Sequence record: ON631220.1
Length of the DNA: 64,000 nt
Strand: one strand, 5' to 3'
In this document: piece after piece, positions 10,010 through 18,072 of the stretch
How positions within the stretch are numbered: position 1 is the first letter of the stretch
Layout of the letters: every line of letters begins with the position of its first letter
Made by a program: the position numbers and the translations under genes
The notes under the pieces: generated by a model
The model's input: the letters and a program-made list of their open reading frames with translations, nothing else
What the model was told of the DNA's origin: nothing
The model's database searches: none

Positions 10010-10342
10010 ATGTTTAATAAAAATTTTATCAATGGTATTCAAATTTTTGTTGCCGCAACTACTGTTGCTACAACCATTGTTAAGTTAGTCGAATCATACA
10101 ACAAATTAAATGAAGAAAAATCGGCTAACGATGTATGTAAGAAAATCCATATGGAAATCCATAAATTAACTAGCTTGTTTATCGAACAAGATATACCTAA
10201 CGAAGAACGCTGCGTTAGGTTACGTAAAACTGTTGATACATTAGTTAATAAACACTGCTCTAAATTAACTGGTCGGCGGCGACTTAGGGCTGTTGCAGAA
10301 ATCACTCGACATGTAGATGACTATTGTCGTCTGTGGAAATAA
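10010..10342 (+). CDS. Hypothetical protein
   Basis: 110-aa ORF with GGAG RBS; hydrophobic N-terminus. Confidence 0.7.
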   Translation: MFNKNFINGIQIFVAATTVATTIVKLVESYNKLNEEKSANDVCKKIHMEIHKLTSLFIEQDIPNEERCVRLRKTVDTLVNKHCSKLTGRRRLRAVAEITRHVDDYCRLWK

Positions 10343-10370
10343 AATAATACATTCAAAGCATTTTAACCAG

Positions 10371-10378
10371 TATATCAC
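10371..10378 (+). promoter_or_regulatory. Early promoter variant TATATCAC
   Basis: Flank ATAATACATTCAAAGCATTTTAACCAG is near-identical to that of the 8871 promoter. Confidence 0.7.
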
Positions 10379-10423
10379 AACAGTGTAATTAAACCTATTA
10401 AATCAGTAAAAAGGAATCAAACT

Positions 10424-10684
10424 ATGGCAACTTTCCTGACTTTCAAATCTGATGAAGACTTAGAGAAAGAAGCAATCCGTCGTGCACGTGCTATCATGGG
10501 TTTCCGTGGCGACCGTGATGCAGCTACTCGTCAGGTATGCATCAATCCTGTACGAGGTAAGGATTACCGTGACTGGTTATCCCATAGCGCTACCTGGAAA
10601 GATGGTAACATCGTTGTTGATGAAGATAGCCTCATTGAGCTAGCCCGTGCCATCATTGATGAGACCTACCTGCACGATATGTAA
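10424..10684 (+). CDS. Hypothetical early protein
   Basis: 86-aa ORF with AAGGA RBS. Confidence 0.75.
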   Translation: MATFLTFKSDEDLEKEAIRRARAIMGFRGDRDAATRQVCINPVRGKDYRDWLSHSATWKDGNIVVDEDSLIELARAIIDETYLHDM

Positions 10685-10694
10685 TAACCACTAC

Positions 10695-10729
10695 AACTTG
10701 ATATTTAACCTTCAATTAATGTAAAAAGG
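10695..10729 (+). repeat. 35-bp leader/RBS repeat, copy 2
   Basis: Identical to 8880-8914. Confidence 0.9.
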
Positions 10730-10739
10730 GACTTTAAAA

Positions 10740-10889
10740 ATGAAAGCATTCGCACTAGTGGTTATTGGTTTGACTTTTGGCGGACTGTTTGTAAACGCTA
10801 AGTTTGAAGAGCAAACTATTTCTAATGAAACTGTTATCCTCGGTCATCGCATCGGTCCCAATGGTCAAGAAATGCTCGTAACTAAATAG
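10740..10889 (+). CDS. Small membrane protein (49 aa, not in ORF track)
   Basis: MKAFALVVIGLTFGGLFVNAKFEEQTISNETVILGHRIGPNGQEMLVTK after the repeated leader/RBS. Confidence 0.65.
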   Translation: MKAFALVVIGLTFGGLFVNAKFEEQTISNETVILGHRIGPNGQEMLVTK

Positions 10890-10900
10890 AGGAATAATAA

Positions 10901-11308
10901 ATGGATAGTCGTCTGTCGAGAGTATTCCAAAACGTGGACTATGTGTTCACCCAAGAACAGACCAATGAACTGGTCAACCGTCGTAATGAAGACATGTTGT
11001 TGACTGTAAAGGTTGATGACATGTTGGCATTAATCCATAACGACCATGTTAAGTACAAGGACCTGGAAAAGATTATCATCGAAGATACCATCGCCTTCAT
11101 AAAAGCAGAGCGTTTATCGCTCATTGGTGTAGGTCTTTTCAACAAGATGGTCTATATTGATCAAGGTCCGGATGCTGTTGGCTTTTTAGAATATATTAAG
11201 GTAGCTGAGTACACATCCACTCATGTGGACGAGTCCAATGCATGGGTGAATATGTATCGCAATAAGATAAAGACTTTCATGCTACCAATTCTCTCTCAGC
11301 TTCTGTGA
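10901..11308 (+). CDS. Hypothetical protein
   Basis: 135-aa ORF, GAGGA RBS. Confidence 0.75.
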   Translation: MDSRLSRVFQNVDYVFTQEQTNELVNRRNEDMLLTVKVDDMLALIHNDHVKYKDLEKIIIEDTIAFIKAERLSLIGVGLFNKMVYIDQGPDAVGFLEYIKVAEYTSTHVDESNAWVNMYRNKIKTFMLPILSQLL

Positions 11309-11457
11309 TATGAATAAACCAGCGCCCGAGGGCACTGTCAAAGAACTGACCCAGGAATAAAAAATGGGTCTCTTCGGAGACCCCATCCCAATGTATCTTG
11401 GAAAGGATGCATTGGGATGTACATAATCCAAATTAATCGTAAGAAGGAAAATACACC

Positions 11458-12570
11458 ATGAAAAAATATCGTGAACCCGTAACCCGTCTGTCCAAAGAAA
11501 AACTGGAATGGGTTATCAGCCGTCGTAAGGAAAGAAAGGCTGAACAACCTTTCGGTCGTGCCCATTTCCCTGCCGGTACTCGTGCTATCTTCGAATCCTG
11601 CACCCTTGGTTACCTGGATGAGAACGAACGTGTGTATCCTGGCCAGCGCTACGGGACATTCGAAGCAACTGTCCTCGGCGTTGTGGCCAATGGTCATAAC
11701 AGTTATGTCGCTATTCTGGACATGCCCTGTGATCTTACTGAAAGCCGTAACAAGGCAATCAACGTCAGTTGGTGTCGCGGTATTGTGTCGCGCGGTGAAG
11801 GTAACTTCACTTGGTTCAAGGAAGAGTCAACCGAGTATGATCGCAATCATGGTTGGAACATCCGTGAGAAACATCCGACTGTTCGTTGGGCAGAAGGTCC
11901 TCGTCCTACTAAAGTACGTAGCCTTACATGGGCAGAGGAATTCGATTATAACCGCGTAGTAGATCCGGCATACGTCGAAGTCAACAAACATCATAGTCAG
12001 TACTATATCACTGACATGCGTTCGTTTGTGTTGTTCGCTCTTCAGGAACATCCTGCTTATGCAAATTCGTCTAAAGATCATCTGTACAAACTGGACGCGC
12101 TGGTCAATGCGCTGTATTTCGAGCCGACCATCAAAGCAGCTGAAGTAAAGCTGTCTCGCTACTCGGTTAACTGGTTGATCAGCAAGAAGAAGTTCCATAA
12201 AGTCCTGCAACGCCTGCTGCCGTTCTACAAGACTTCTCGTCGTAAGGCGCAAGAAGAAGACGAAAAAGCAATAAGCGAGATGTATGAAAAAGAAATGGAA
12301 CATGACTTCGATGAGCTGTACGGTGAGTCTTCGGACTCTTCCGATGAATCAAGCTATTCATGGAATGACAGCACGCCACTGGACGATGATGATCTGAATG
12401 TGTTTGATATGCACGACGACTCGGCATGCTCGCGTGAAATCAGTGATGATGTTCAACCCAAAACCATCGGTGAACTCCTGCATGAAGCAATGGAGAACCC
12501 TGAAGAAGAGAAATCCAAATTAGTTATTGGAAGTATGGAAACTCTTTCTAAAGCGGTTATTATCAAATAG
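11458..12570 (+). CDS. Early protein, probably the phiKZ014-like ribosome-binding factor
   Basis: 370 aa, basic N-terminus, long acidic low-complexity C-terminus, host-like CTG codons; size and position recall phiKZ014. Confidence 0.5.
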   Translation: MKKYREPVTRLSKEKLEWVISRRKERKAEQPFGRAHFPAGTRAIFESCTLGYLDENERVYPGQRYGTFEATVLGVVANGHNSYVAILDMPCDLTESRNKAINVSWCRGIVSRGEGNFTWFKEESTEYDRNHGWNIREKHPTVRWAEGPRPTKVRSLTWAEEFDYNRVVDPAYVEVNKHHSQYYITDMRSFVLFALQEHPAYANSSKDHLYKLDALVNALYFEPTIKAAEVKLSRYSVNWLISKKKFHKVLQRLLPFYKTSRRKAQEEDEKAISEMYEKEMEHDFDELYGESSDSSDESSYSWNDSTPLDDDDLNVFDMHDDSACSREISDDVQPKTIGELLHEAMENPEEEKSKLVIGSMETLSKAVIIK

Positions 12571-12585
12571 ATTACACGCAATAAT

Positions 12586-12603
12586 GGGAGTCTTCGGACT
12601 CCC
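12586..12603 (+). terminator. Intrinsic terminator
   Basis: GGGAGTC-TTCG-GACTCCC followed by TTTTATTTT. Confidence 0.85.
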
Positions 12604-12676
12604 TTTTATTTTCTACATCGTATTATTTTTTTTTATTTAGCAATATATTCATAAACTGCAAAAAGGAAGATATCTC

Positions 12677-13678
12677 ATGATCATCAATGCAACCATCACT
12701 CGCGCAATGTTGAGTGCTCAAACTACAGAATCATCGCTTCTGTTTATTCTGACACACCTATGTGGCAGTCCAGATGCTACTTCGTCGGATATGAACGACA
12801 CCAAGCGCATTCTCGCCTCTAACGATCCTCTAAGTACCCTGTGGCAATGTGGTTGCCATTTGGTCGTATCGGAAGACGAACGCTGGTTCATTTCTCCATT
12901 CGGTGATACTGTACGCCTGGCATACCAGCACAAAGTACGTGGTAGCTGGATTACTTTCGGCATAGACCTGTTCGATCCGGAAGAATCCGAATCGGTACTA
13001 TTGGCTATCCGTAGGCGGCTCCGCACCGGTTTCCCAGCAGATGAACTTGAAGTTAACTGTGGTATCAAAGGTTACCTCGAAGAAAGTTACGAGGTCAACG
13101 GGACCGGTTTGTGGAGCGTAGGTCGGATCATTCTGGCTCTGCATCCCACCAGCCCTTTCCGTTTTGCTGCTCTGGAACGTTTGTACGAGATTGCTAAGTT
13201 CCATAAGAACTACGCTGACATCGTGGATAATGTCGGGATCAATCATGATCGTAATTACCTGAATAACATCGTTGATGGAAAATGGGTGGTCGAAGAGAAA
13301 GATGCTCAAGCTGTATTGAACAGCTACTTCACTTCGATGCTGAAGTTATTCTTCGACCGTGGTTTCTACTATCAGGATACTATCGATGGCGGCAGGATCG
13401 ATGTTCGTAGCAATGAAAGATCGTACTACCTCATTGGTGGTAATGCCACTGTAAATACCATCAATATCACTTACCTCAGTGCTAACAAAATAGAGATTCG
13501 TGATGGTGAATGGGAGTTCGCTTGGGACTGCAACAACACTGAATACTTCTTCGCTGAACATCCAGTAGATGCACTGCTTGCATATCACAAGCGTGTTGAT
13601 CAGGAACATTCTTACAAAGCCACTGGTCTTGGTCATAGCCTGGAAGACATCCACAAGGTTCAACATATTCTAAAATGA
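12677..13678 (+). CDS. Hypothetical protein
   Basis: 333-aa ORF, AAGGAAG RBS. Confidence 0.8.
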   Translation: MIINATITRAMLSAQTTESSLLFILTHLCGSPDATSSDMNDTKRILASNDPLSTLWQCGCHLVVSEDERWFISPFGDTVRLAYQHKVRGSWITFGIDLFDPEESESVLLAIRRRLRTGFPADELEVNCGIKGYLEESYEVNGTGLWSVGRIILALHPTSPFRFAALERLYEIAKFHKNYADIVDNVGINHDRNYLNNIVDGKWVVEEKDAQAVLNSYFTSMLKLFFDRGFYYQDTIDGGRIDVRSNERSYYLIGGNATVNTINITYLSANKIEIRDGEWEFAWDCNNTEYFFAEHPVDALLAYHKRVDQEHSYKATGLGHSLEDIHKVQHILK

Positions 13679-13690
13679 GGAAGATTAATT

Positions 13691-14170
13691 ATGTCGTATA
13701 ACCTAGGCATTGTCACTCGCAATAAGTCGGCACTGATTGTCACCAATGATTACAAATATGATGAGTTCGTTCTACTAAAACCGACCAGTGGTCTCAAGGT
13801 AGAAGGTCAGTTGGTGCAATTGGTCTGTATCTGTTTCGGTGACAAGGAAAAGCGTTCTCTGACTCACAAGATCATGACCAATGCTGAACAAGCAGATTAC
13901 ACCAAGGAAGACATCCTGGCTATGATGAAGGAACACGGTGTAGAACTTCGAGTGATCACTGATAAGGCAGTTCATGTATTTCAGTACATTCGTGATGTGG
14001 CTATCCATGGTGTGGTTGATTCCAATAACACCACCTTCTGGTTCGGCGACACGGAACACCGAAAATTGTTTTATCCGTATTGCGGTATTGAAGGTAAATC
14101 TTTTCATCATGCCCATCGTGATAAAGAATTGTGTCGGGTATTTGAGTTTGTCGCTGTAATCAATTGGTAA
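13691..14170 (+). CDS. Hypothetical protein
   Basis: 159-aa ORF, GAGGA RBS. Confidence 0.75.
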   Translation: MSYNLGIVTRNKSALIVTNDYKYDEFVLLKPTSGLKVEGQLVQLVCICFGDKEKRSLTHKIMTNAEQADYTKEDILAMMKEHGVELRVITDKAVHVFQYIRDVAIHGVVDSNNTTFWFGDTEHRKLFYPYCGIEGKSFHHAHRDKELCRVFEFVAVINW

Positions 14171-14176
14171 CGATAT

Positions 14177-14202
14177 AAATACCCTCCTTCGGGAGGGTAT
14201 TT
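14177..14202 (+). terminator. Intrinsic terminator
   Basis: AAATACCCTCC-TTCG-GGAGGGTATTT. Confidence 0.8.
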
Positions 14203-14226
14203 ATTTTGTGATTAGAGGAATAAAAA

Positions 14227-14370
14227 ATGGTAGGTTATCGTATTATTGCTTTTAATGGTACTCAGTGGGAATCTCCGAGTGGGTACACCATTCAGCAAGC
14301 GGTGAATGAGTTCCTAAAGAAATATGATTTACATGAATTAGATATTCGCAGTATTACCGCATTACACTAA
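14227..14370 (+). CDS. Small hypothetical protein (47 aa, not in ORF track)
   Basis: GAGGA RBS then MVGYRIIAFNGTQWESPSGYTIQQAVNEFLKKYDLHELDIRSITALH. Confidence 0.6.
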   Translation: MVGYRIIAFNGTQWESPSGYTIQQAVNEFLKKYDLHELDIRSITALH

Positions 14371-14398
14371 ATCCAATTTTAAATAGGAATACGTATTA

Positions 14399-14791
14399 AT
14401 GAATTATAATGCAGAGAAATATGCTGCACTGCTAGTTTCAATTGCAGCAAACATTGACACTGTAAATAAACTCACCAAAGAAATTTTATCGTCTTCTGAT
14501 AATAGGGATTTTCTCTATGATGTGCATCAAATGACTGACATGTCCCTCGCCAGTCTTCATACGCATCTAACTAAAGAAGTCGAAAAGTTGGTAGAAACAA
14601 TGGATCTAGTTAAAGATGGTCTATATGTCCAGGATGTTGAACTCATTAAGGGTAAGGGAAACTGGCGACATATCGCGGATAATGAACCTACCATCAACGC
14701 TATTAAAGCACTGCGTAAACACATTGGCGAAATCAGTGCATTAGAAGCTAGAACTGTTGTTAAAGGTTACAAGGCAGGTGTCTTAAAATAA
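14399..14791 (+). CDS. Hypothetical protein
   Basis: 130-aa ORF, TAGGA RBS. Confidence 0.7.
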   Translation: MNYNAEKYAALLVSIAANIDTVNKLTKEILSSSDNRDFLYDVHQMTDMSLASLHTHLTKEVEKLVETMDLVKDGLYVQDVELIKGKGNWRHIADNEPTINAIKALRKHIGEISALEARTVVKGYKAGVLK

Positions 14792-14853
14792 CATCGAATA
14801 GTATTAAGTCTATCTTCTAGGAGGTATACTTAATAAATCATGAGGAAAATATA

Positions 14854-15183
14854 ATGTCCAATATGAAAAAATCTAGTTTGAAAGAATTCTTCGAACATAT
14901 CACTCAGGCTGATCCATTTAATCCTTATTCCTTCATCTACTCCAGACCTATACAATACATTGGTGAAGATAGCGAGTACGCACTACATGTTACGTATGTG
15001 CATGGTGCAGCTTACATTGAAGGTCTTGTTGGCCATGAAGGAATCAGAATCAATGTATTCTACAATAAACTCCAAGGTATTCAACTTTGGACATACTTTG
15101 ATAACGAACCTCGTGTTGATTCATGGCCGTATTATCAAGTTGATGCAGCTTTAGAAGAAATCATCCGCCTAACTAAACTATAA
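14854..15183 (+). CDS. Hypothetical protein
   Basis: 109-aa ORF, GAGGA RBS. Confidence 0.7.
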   Translation: MSNMKKSSLKEFFEHITQADPFNPYSFIYSRPIQYIGEDSEYALHVTYVHGAAYIEGLVGHEGIRINVFYNKLQGIQLWTYFDNEPRVDSWPYYQVDAALEEIIRLTKL

Positions 15184-15203
15184 ACTCTATTTATAAAAAA
15201 TAG

Positions 15204-15422
15204 GTGAAGAAAATGATCTATCTGGGATGGTTTACCATTATCTTTGTTACAATGAGTCTATGTCTGTTTTATGTATTTTGTCACCGTAGTATTCGTGAAT
15301 CACACCCAGGTGTAATAGAAAAACAGACTACTCGAAAAATTGTTATTTGGGCTGGTATTCTATTGGCACTCGCTTACTTAAATGAAATCAGCCGAGTCTA
15401 TATAGAGCAGATGGTAACCTAA
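15204..15422 (+). CDS. Small two-helix membrane protein
   Basis: Two hydrophobic stretches in 72 aa. Confidence 0.6.
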   Translation: MKKMIYLGWFTIIFVTMSLCLFYVFCHRSIRESHPGVIEKQTTRKIVIWAGILLALAYLNEISRVYIEQMVT

Positions 15423-15479
15423 ATATTCAATAACTCCGAAATAATCAAAACTATTTAATATATCAAAAGGAATATTTCA

Positions 15480-15767
15480 ATGTTTGAAACTCAAGTCGCC
15501 CTTACTGATGAACTTAAACAGATCTTCGATCAGATGACCAATGAGTTCATTCGTGAGAAAGGTTACATTACTTGTGAGTTTTCCATCCAACAAAAATATC
15601 TTGCGGCCGCTCACGATTATGCTTATTTGAAAAACCGTGAACTACCTTCATATGGAATGTGGCGTATCTTCAAATGCGAGGCATGTATCAGCCATAATGT
15701 GGATCATCCTTATCATGTCGAAATCGTGGCGCTGGCGGCCATCGATACGAAGGAACACAATATCTAA
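15480..15767 (+). CDS. Hypothetical protein
   Basis: 95-aa ORF, AAGGA RBS. Confidence 0.7.
   Translation: MFETQVALTDELKQIFDQMTNEFIREKGYITCEFSIQQKYLAAAHDYAYLKNRELPSYGMWRIFKCEACISHNVDHPYHVEIVALAAIDTKEHNI
15486..15514 (+). repeat. 29-bp direct repeat, copy 1
   Basis: GAAACTCAAGTCGCCCTTACTGATGAACT identical to 16581-16609. Confidence 0.9.
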
Positions 15768-15817
15768 CAACTGGAAGATATTCATAATGTCCAACATACT
15801 AAATGTGAGCCCACCGT

Positions 15818-16123
15818 GTGGGAACAAGAGAAGTGATTAACATTAATCATGATCTACCTATCTGGATATTACTACTGTTAAGTACAGCTACATCATTCAT
15901 CTATGCCTTTGTAAAAACCTTTCAGCAAAGAAACATCTTTCATGGGTACAAAAAAGCTGCTTTCTTCACCTCATGGGGTATCAGTACCCTTGAGTTGACC
16001 ACCATTGGACTATTTGTAATAGTGGGTCTTCCTGCTATCATATCCAGCGGTCTAGGTGGTTCGATAGGCGTCGTGTTGGCAATGACGTTCCATGATAAGA
16101 TTTTTCGTAAAACAACAGAATAG
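15818..16123 (+). CDS. Small multi-pass membrane protein
   Basis: About three hydrophobic segments; exact start uncertain. Confidence 0.6.
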   Translation: MGTREVININHDLPIWILLLLSTATSFIYAFVKTFQQRNIFHGYKKAAFFTSWGISTLELTTIGLFVIVGLPAIISSGLGGSIGVVLAMTFHDKIFRKTTE

Positions 16124-16134
16124 GAAAAAACATA

Positions 16135-16473
16135 ATGTCTAGGAAACTTGGAAAGAAACATCCTCGCAATCATCACGAAGATGCAAAGAAATACGAAACT
16201 CGGCTACGTACCGAGAAAGCCAAGTTGGCTAACTGCCGGCTTGGTCAACTGTACTCGGTTCGAATCCTGAATGATAACTGCTTCTTGCGTAATCGATTCA
16301 TGTGTCAGGAACAAGATATGTTCGATCCTCTTCGCTTGACCCGTGCTAAACGGGAACGTTATTTCAAAGGGGAGCGTTATTGGCTCAATGCCGCCGGCGC
16401 TAAGTTCATCCGTTCCGATTATGAAAAGAACTGGGCCAAAAACAAACGTAAGGAGATGGCCAATGAGCAGTAG
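16135..16473 (+). CDS. Basic hypothetical protein
   Basis: 112-aa Lys/Arg-rich ORF, TAGGA RBS. Confidence 0.7.
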   Translation: MSRKLGKKHPRNHHEDAKKYETRLRTEKAKLANCRLGQLYSVRILNDNCFLRNRFMCQEQDMFDPLRLTRAKRERYFKGERYWLNAAGAKFIRSDYEKNWAKNKRKEMANEQ

Positions 16474-16603
16474 TTATAATCCACCGGTGGACACCGTTGA
16501 TGTCCTCCATATCGACTGCGAGTATGAAAAGTTCTCGTTTGGCAAGTTGTTCCAACGAATGATCGATCATTTCGGTGTTCGAAACTCAAGTCGCCCTTAC
16601 TGA
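16463..16603 (+). CDS. Small hypothetical protein (46 aa)
   Basis: ATG at 16463 after AAGGAG; MSSSYNPPVD...NSSRPY; TGATG coupling to the next ORF. Confidence 0.55.
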   Translation: MSSSYNPPVDTVDVLHIDCEYEKFSFGKLFQRMIDHFGVRNSSRPY

Positions 16604-16609
16604 TGAACT
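16581..16609 (+). repeat. 29-bp direct repeat, copy 2
   Basis: Identical to 15486-15514 but read in other frames across a TGATG stop/start junction. Confidence 0.9.
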
Positions 16610-16860
16610 CTGACAAGCTACGAGGGATACTGACTGACCTCAGTATACTCCCACCTCGCTTTGTTGAGAGCACCGATATCCGTGTCGGCAACTTCCGATT
16701 TCAGCGCTGGAAAACCCAGGTCCTCAAACCTGCTGCACCTGGTTATCGGAAGTGGATTGACGTGGATAGGTTAGAATGGGTGGAGGTTAAATACCACCTC
16801 AACAAATTACTTAAAGAGAATAATCTCAATATCCAAGAAGAAAGTAATCGGTCTGGATAA
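16603..16860 (+). CDS. Hypothetical protein
   Basis: 85-aa ORF translationally coupled to the upstream ORF. Confidence 0.6.
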   Translation: MNSDKLRGILTDLSILPPRFVESTDIRVGNFRFQRWKTQVLKPAAPGYRKWIDVDRLEWVEVKYHLNKLLKENNLNIQEESNRSG

Positions 16861-17006
16861 CCTCCGGAAGCTCCTGTCAGATCAACTCAACCCGCCACGT
16901 CAGTTAACAGACGCTGTACGCGAGAAAAATCTTCACAGCAAGTAACGATATAAGGCCCCTCCCTTCGGGTAGGGATTGTCTATTCATTTCTTAACAGGAA
17001 ATTCTA

Positions 17007-17342
17007 ATGGAAGACTTCAAAGAAATCGAGATTTACAGTATGACGTTCATCGACCATTCGGAAAATGCTTCTCGTGTAGTGATTGCACAGATCACTACTT
17101 TGGATGATCGTACTGTTTACGGGGTAATGGAGGTCAATGGTTTCGGCGGTCAGGCCACTACTAATCTGCGTCGGTTCGAACAGAACCGTCAACACGCTCG
17201 TTACTTCTTCACCAAGTCGGTAGCCACTGCTCACGCCGAGGCTTACGTCAAGTACCTGAATGACGACATGGTCGAACAAGACTACCTCGACATGAATACT
17301 GGCTATAACTACGCCGAATTTATGAACATGGTAAATATCTGA
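17007..17342 (+). CDS. Hypothetical protein
   Basis: 111-aa ORF, CAGGA RBS. Confidence 0.7.
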   Translation: MEDFKEIEIYSMTFIDHSENASRVVIAQITTLDDRTVYGVMEVNGFGGQATTNLRRFEQNRQHARYFFTKSVATAHAEAYVKYLNDDMVEQDYLDMNTGYNYAEFMNMVNI

Positions 17343-17349
17343 GGCCATC

Positions 17350-17463
17350 ATGGACAAGATGCGGTCGATGTCCGAGTTCAGCAACAAGCGTCTCATCGAG
17401 AACTACGAATATAATAAGAAGGAAGATACCTACCAACGTAAGAACGTGGGTTTGGAAATATAA
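17350..17463 (+). CDS. Small hypothetical protein (37 aa, not in ORF track)
   Basis: GAGG RBS then MDKMRSMSEFSNKRLIENYEYNKKEDTYQRKNVGLEI. Confidence 0.5.
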   Translation: MDKMRSMSEFSNKRLIENYEYNKKEDTYQRKNVGLEI

Positions 17464-17493
17464 GAAATATCCAATAAAGAAAGAAAAAGCGGC

Positions 17494-17621
17494 ATAAAAG
17501 GAATTCCCACTGGCCGCTAAACCAGTGGGGTTCCAAACAGCACATTTGCAACTACACTGTCAGTAGGTATCATCCAAGAGAACTGCGGATTAGCTACTTA
17601 CCTATCATGGGTATTTTCGCT
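17494..17621 (-). ncRNA. Candidate small non-coding RNA
   Basis: Minus-strand TGTTATAAT at 17628-17636, internal stems, and a long hairpin (17500-17534) followed by TTTT; no ORF. Confidence 0.35.
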
Positions 17622-17752
17622 AGCAGTATTATAACAACACCGTACGTTCTGAAAAGATTAGCCCTCCTGTCGCACCAGGAGGGCTATATGTCGTCAAGTT
17701 TAAGCTTGACATTTTTTGCCCAAAATGGGCTTTCTTGCAGAGGAGACTTCGA

Positions 17753-18019
17753 ATGAAAGTCTTTGAAACAAGTTCCAGACCTGATCCAATTTATGGATAC
17801 ATGTCTGGTTTAGAAGTAACAGCATTCAATGGTAAGCCACTAGTCTACGGACGAAATGAGCTAATCAAAATTGCTGTATATGATAATAAAACTTTCCTAG
17901 GTTACATTGGCAATGGTCAGCTTGTAAACAAGATTTCCGATGCTAAATGGATTGACGGATCGTCTAACTATCATATTAATTCTAACTCCAGTAATCTTTT
18001 GTTCGCTAGAGTTACTTAA
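17753..18019 (+). CDS. Hypothetical protein
   Basis: GAGGAG RBS before ATG 17753. Confidence 0.7.
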   Translation: MKVFETSSRPDPIYGYMSGLEVTAFNGKPLVYGRNELIKIAVYDNKTFLGYIGNGQLVNKISDAKWIDGSSNYHINSNSSNLLFARVT

Positions 18020-18026
18020 CTTCAAA

Positions 18027-18051
18027 TACCCTCTTCATTGCGAAGAGGGTA
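18027..18051. terminator. Hairpin between convergent genes
   Basis: TACCCTCTTC/GAAGAGGGTA 10-bp stem. Confidence 0.7.
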
Positions 18052-18072
18052 ACGTATTATTATTTTTTTTGT

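Noticed and set aside
16780-16945. Protein-like alternate frame (VIGLDNLRKLLSDQLNPPRQLTDAVREKNLHSK) after ORF 16603
   Set aside because: No start codon or RBS and no clear slippery site; cannot be supported without homologues
17706-17711. TTGACA sigma70 -35 box upstream of ORF 17753
   Set aside because: No matching -10 at 16-18 nt spacing
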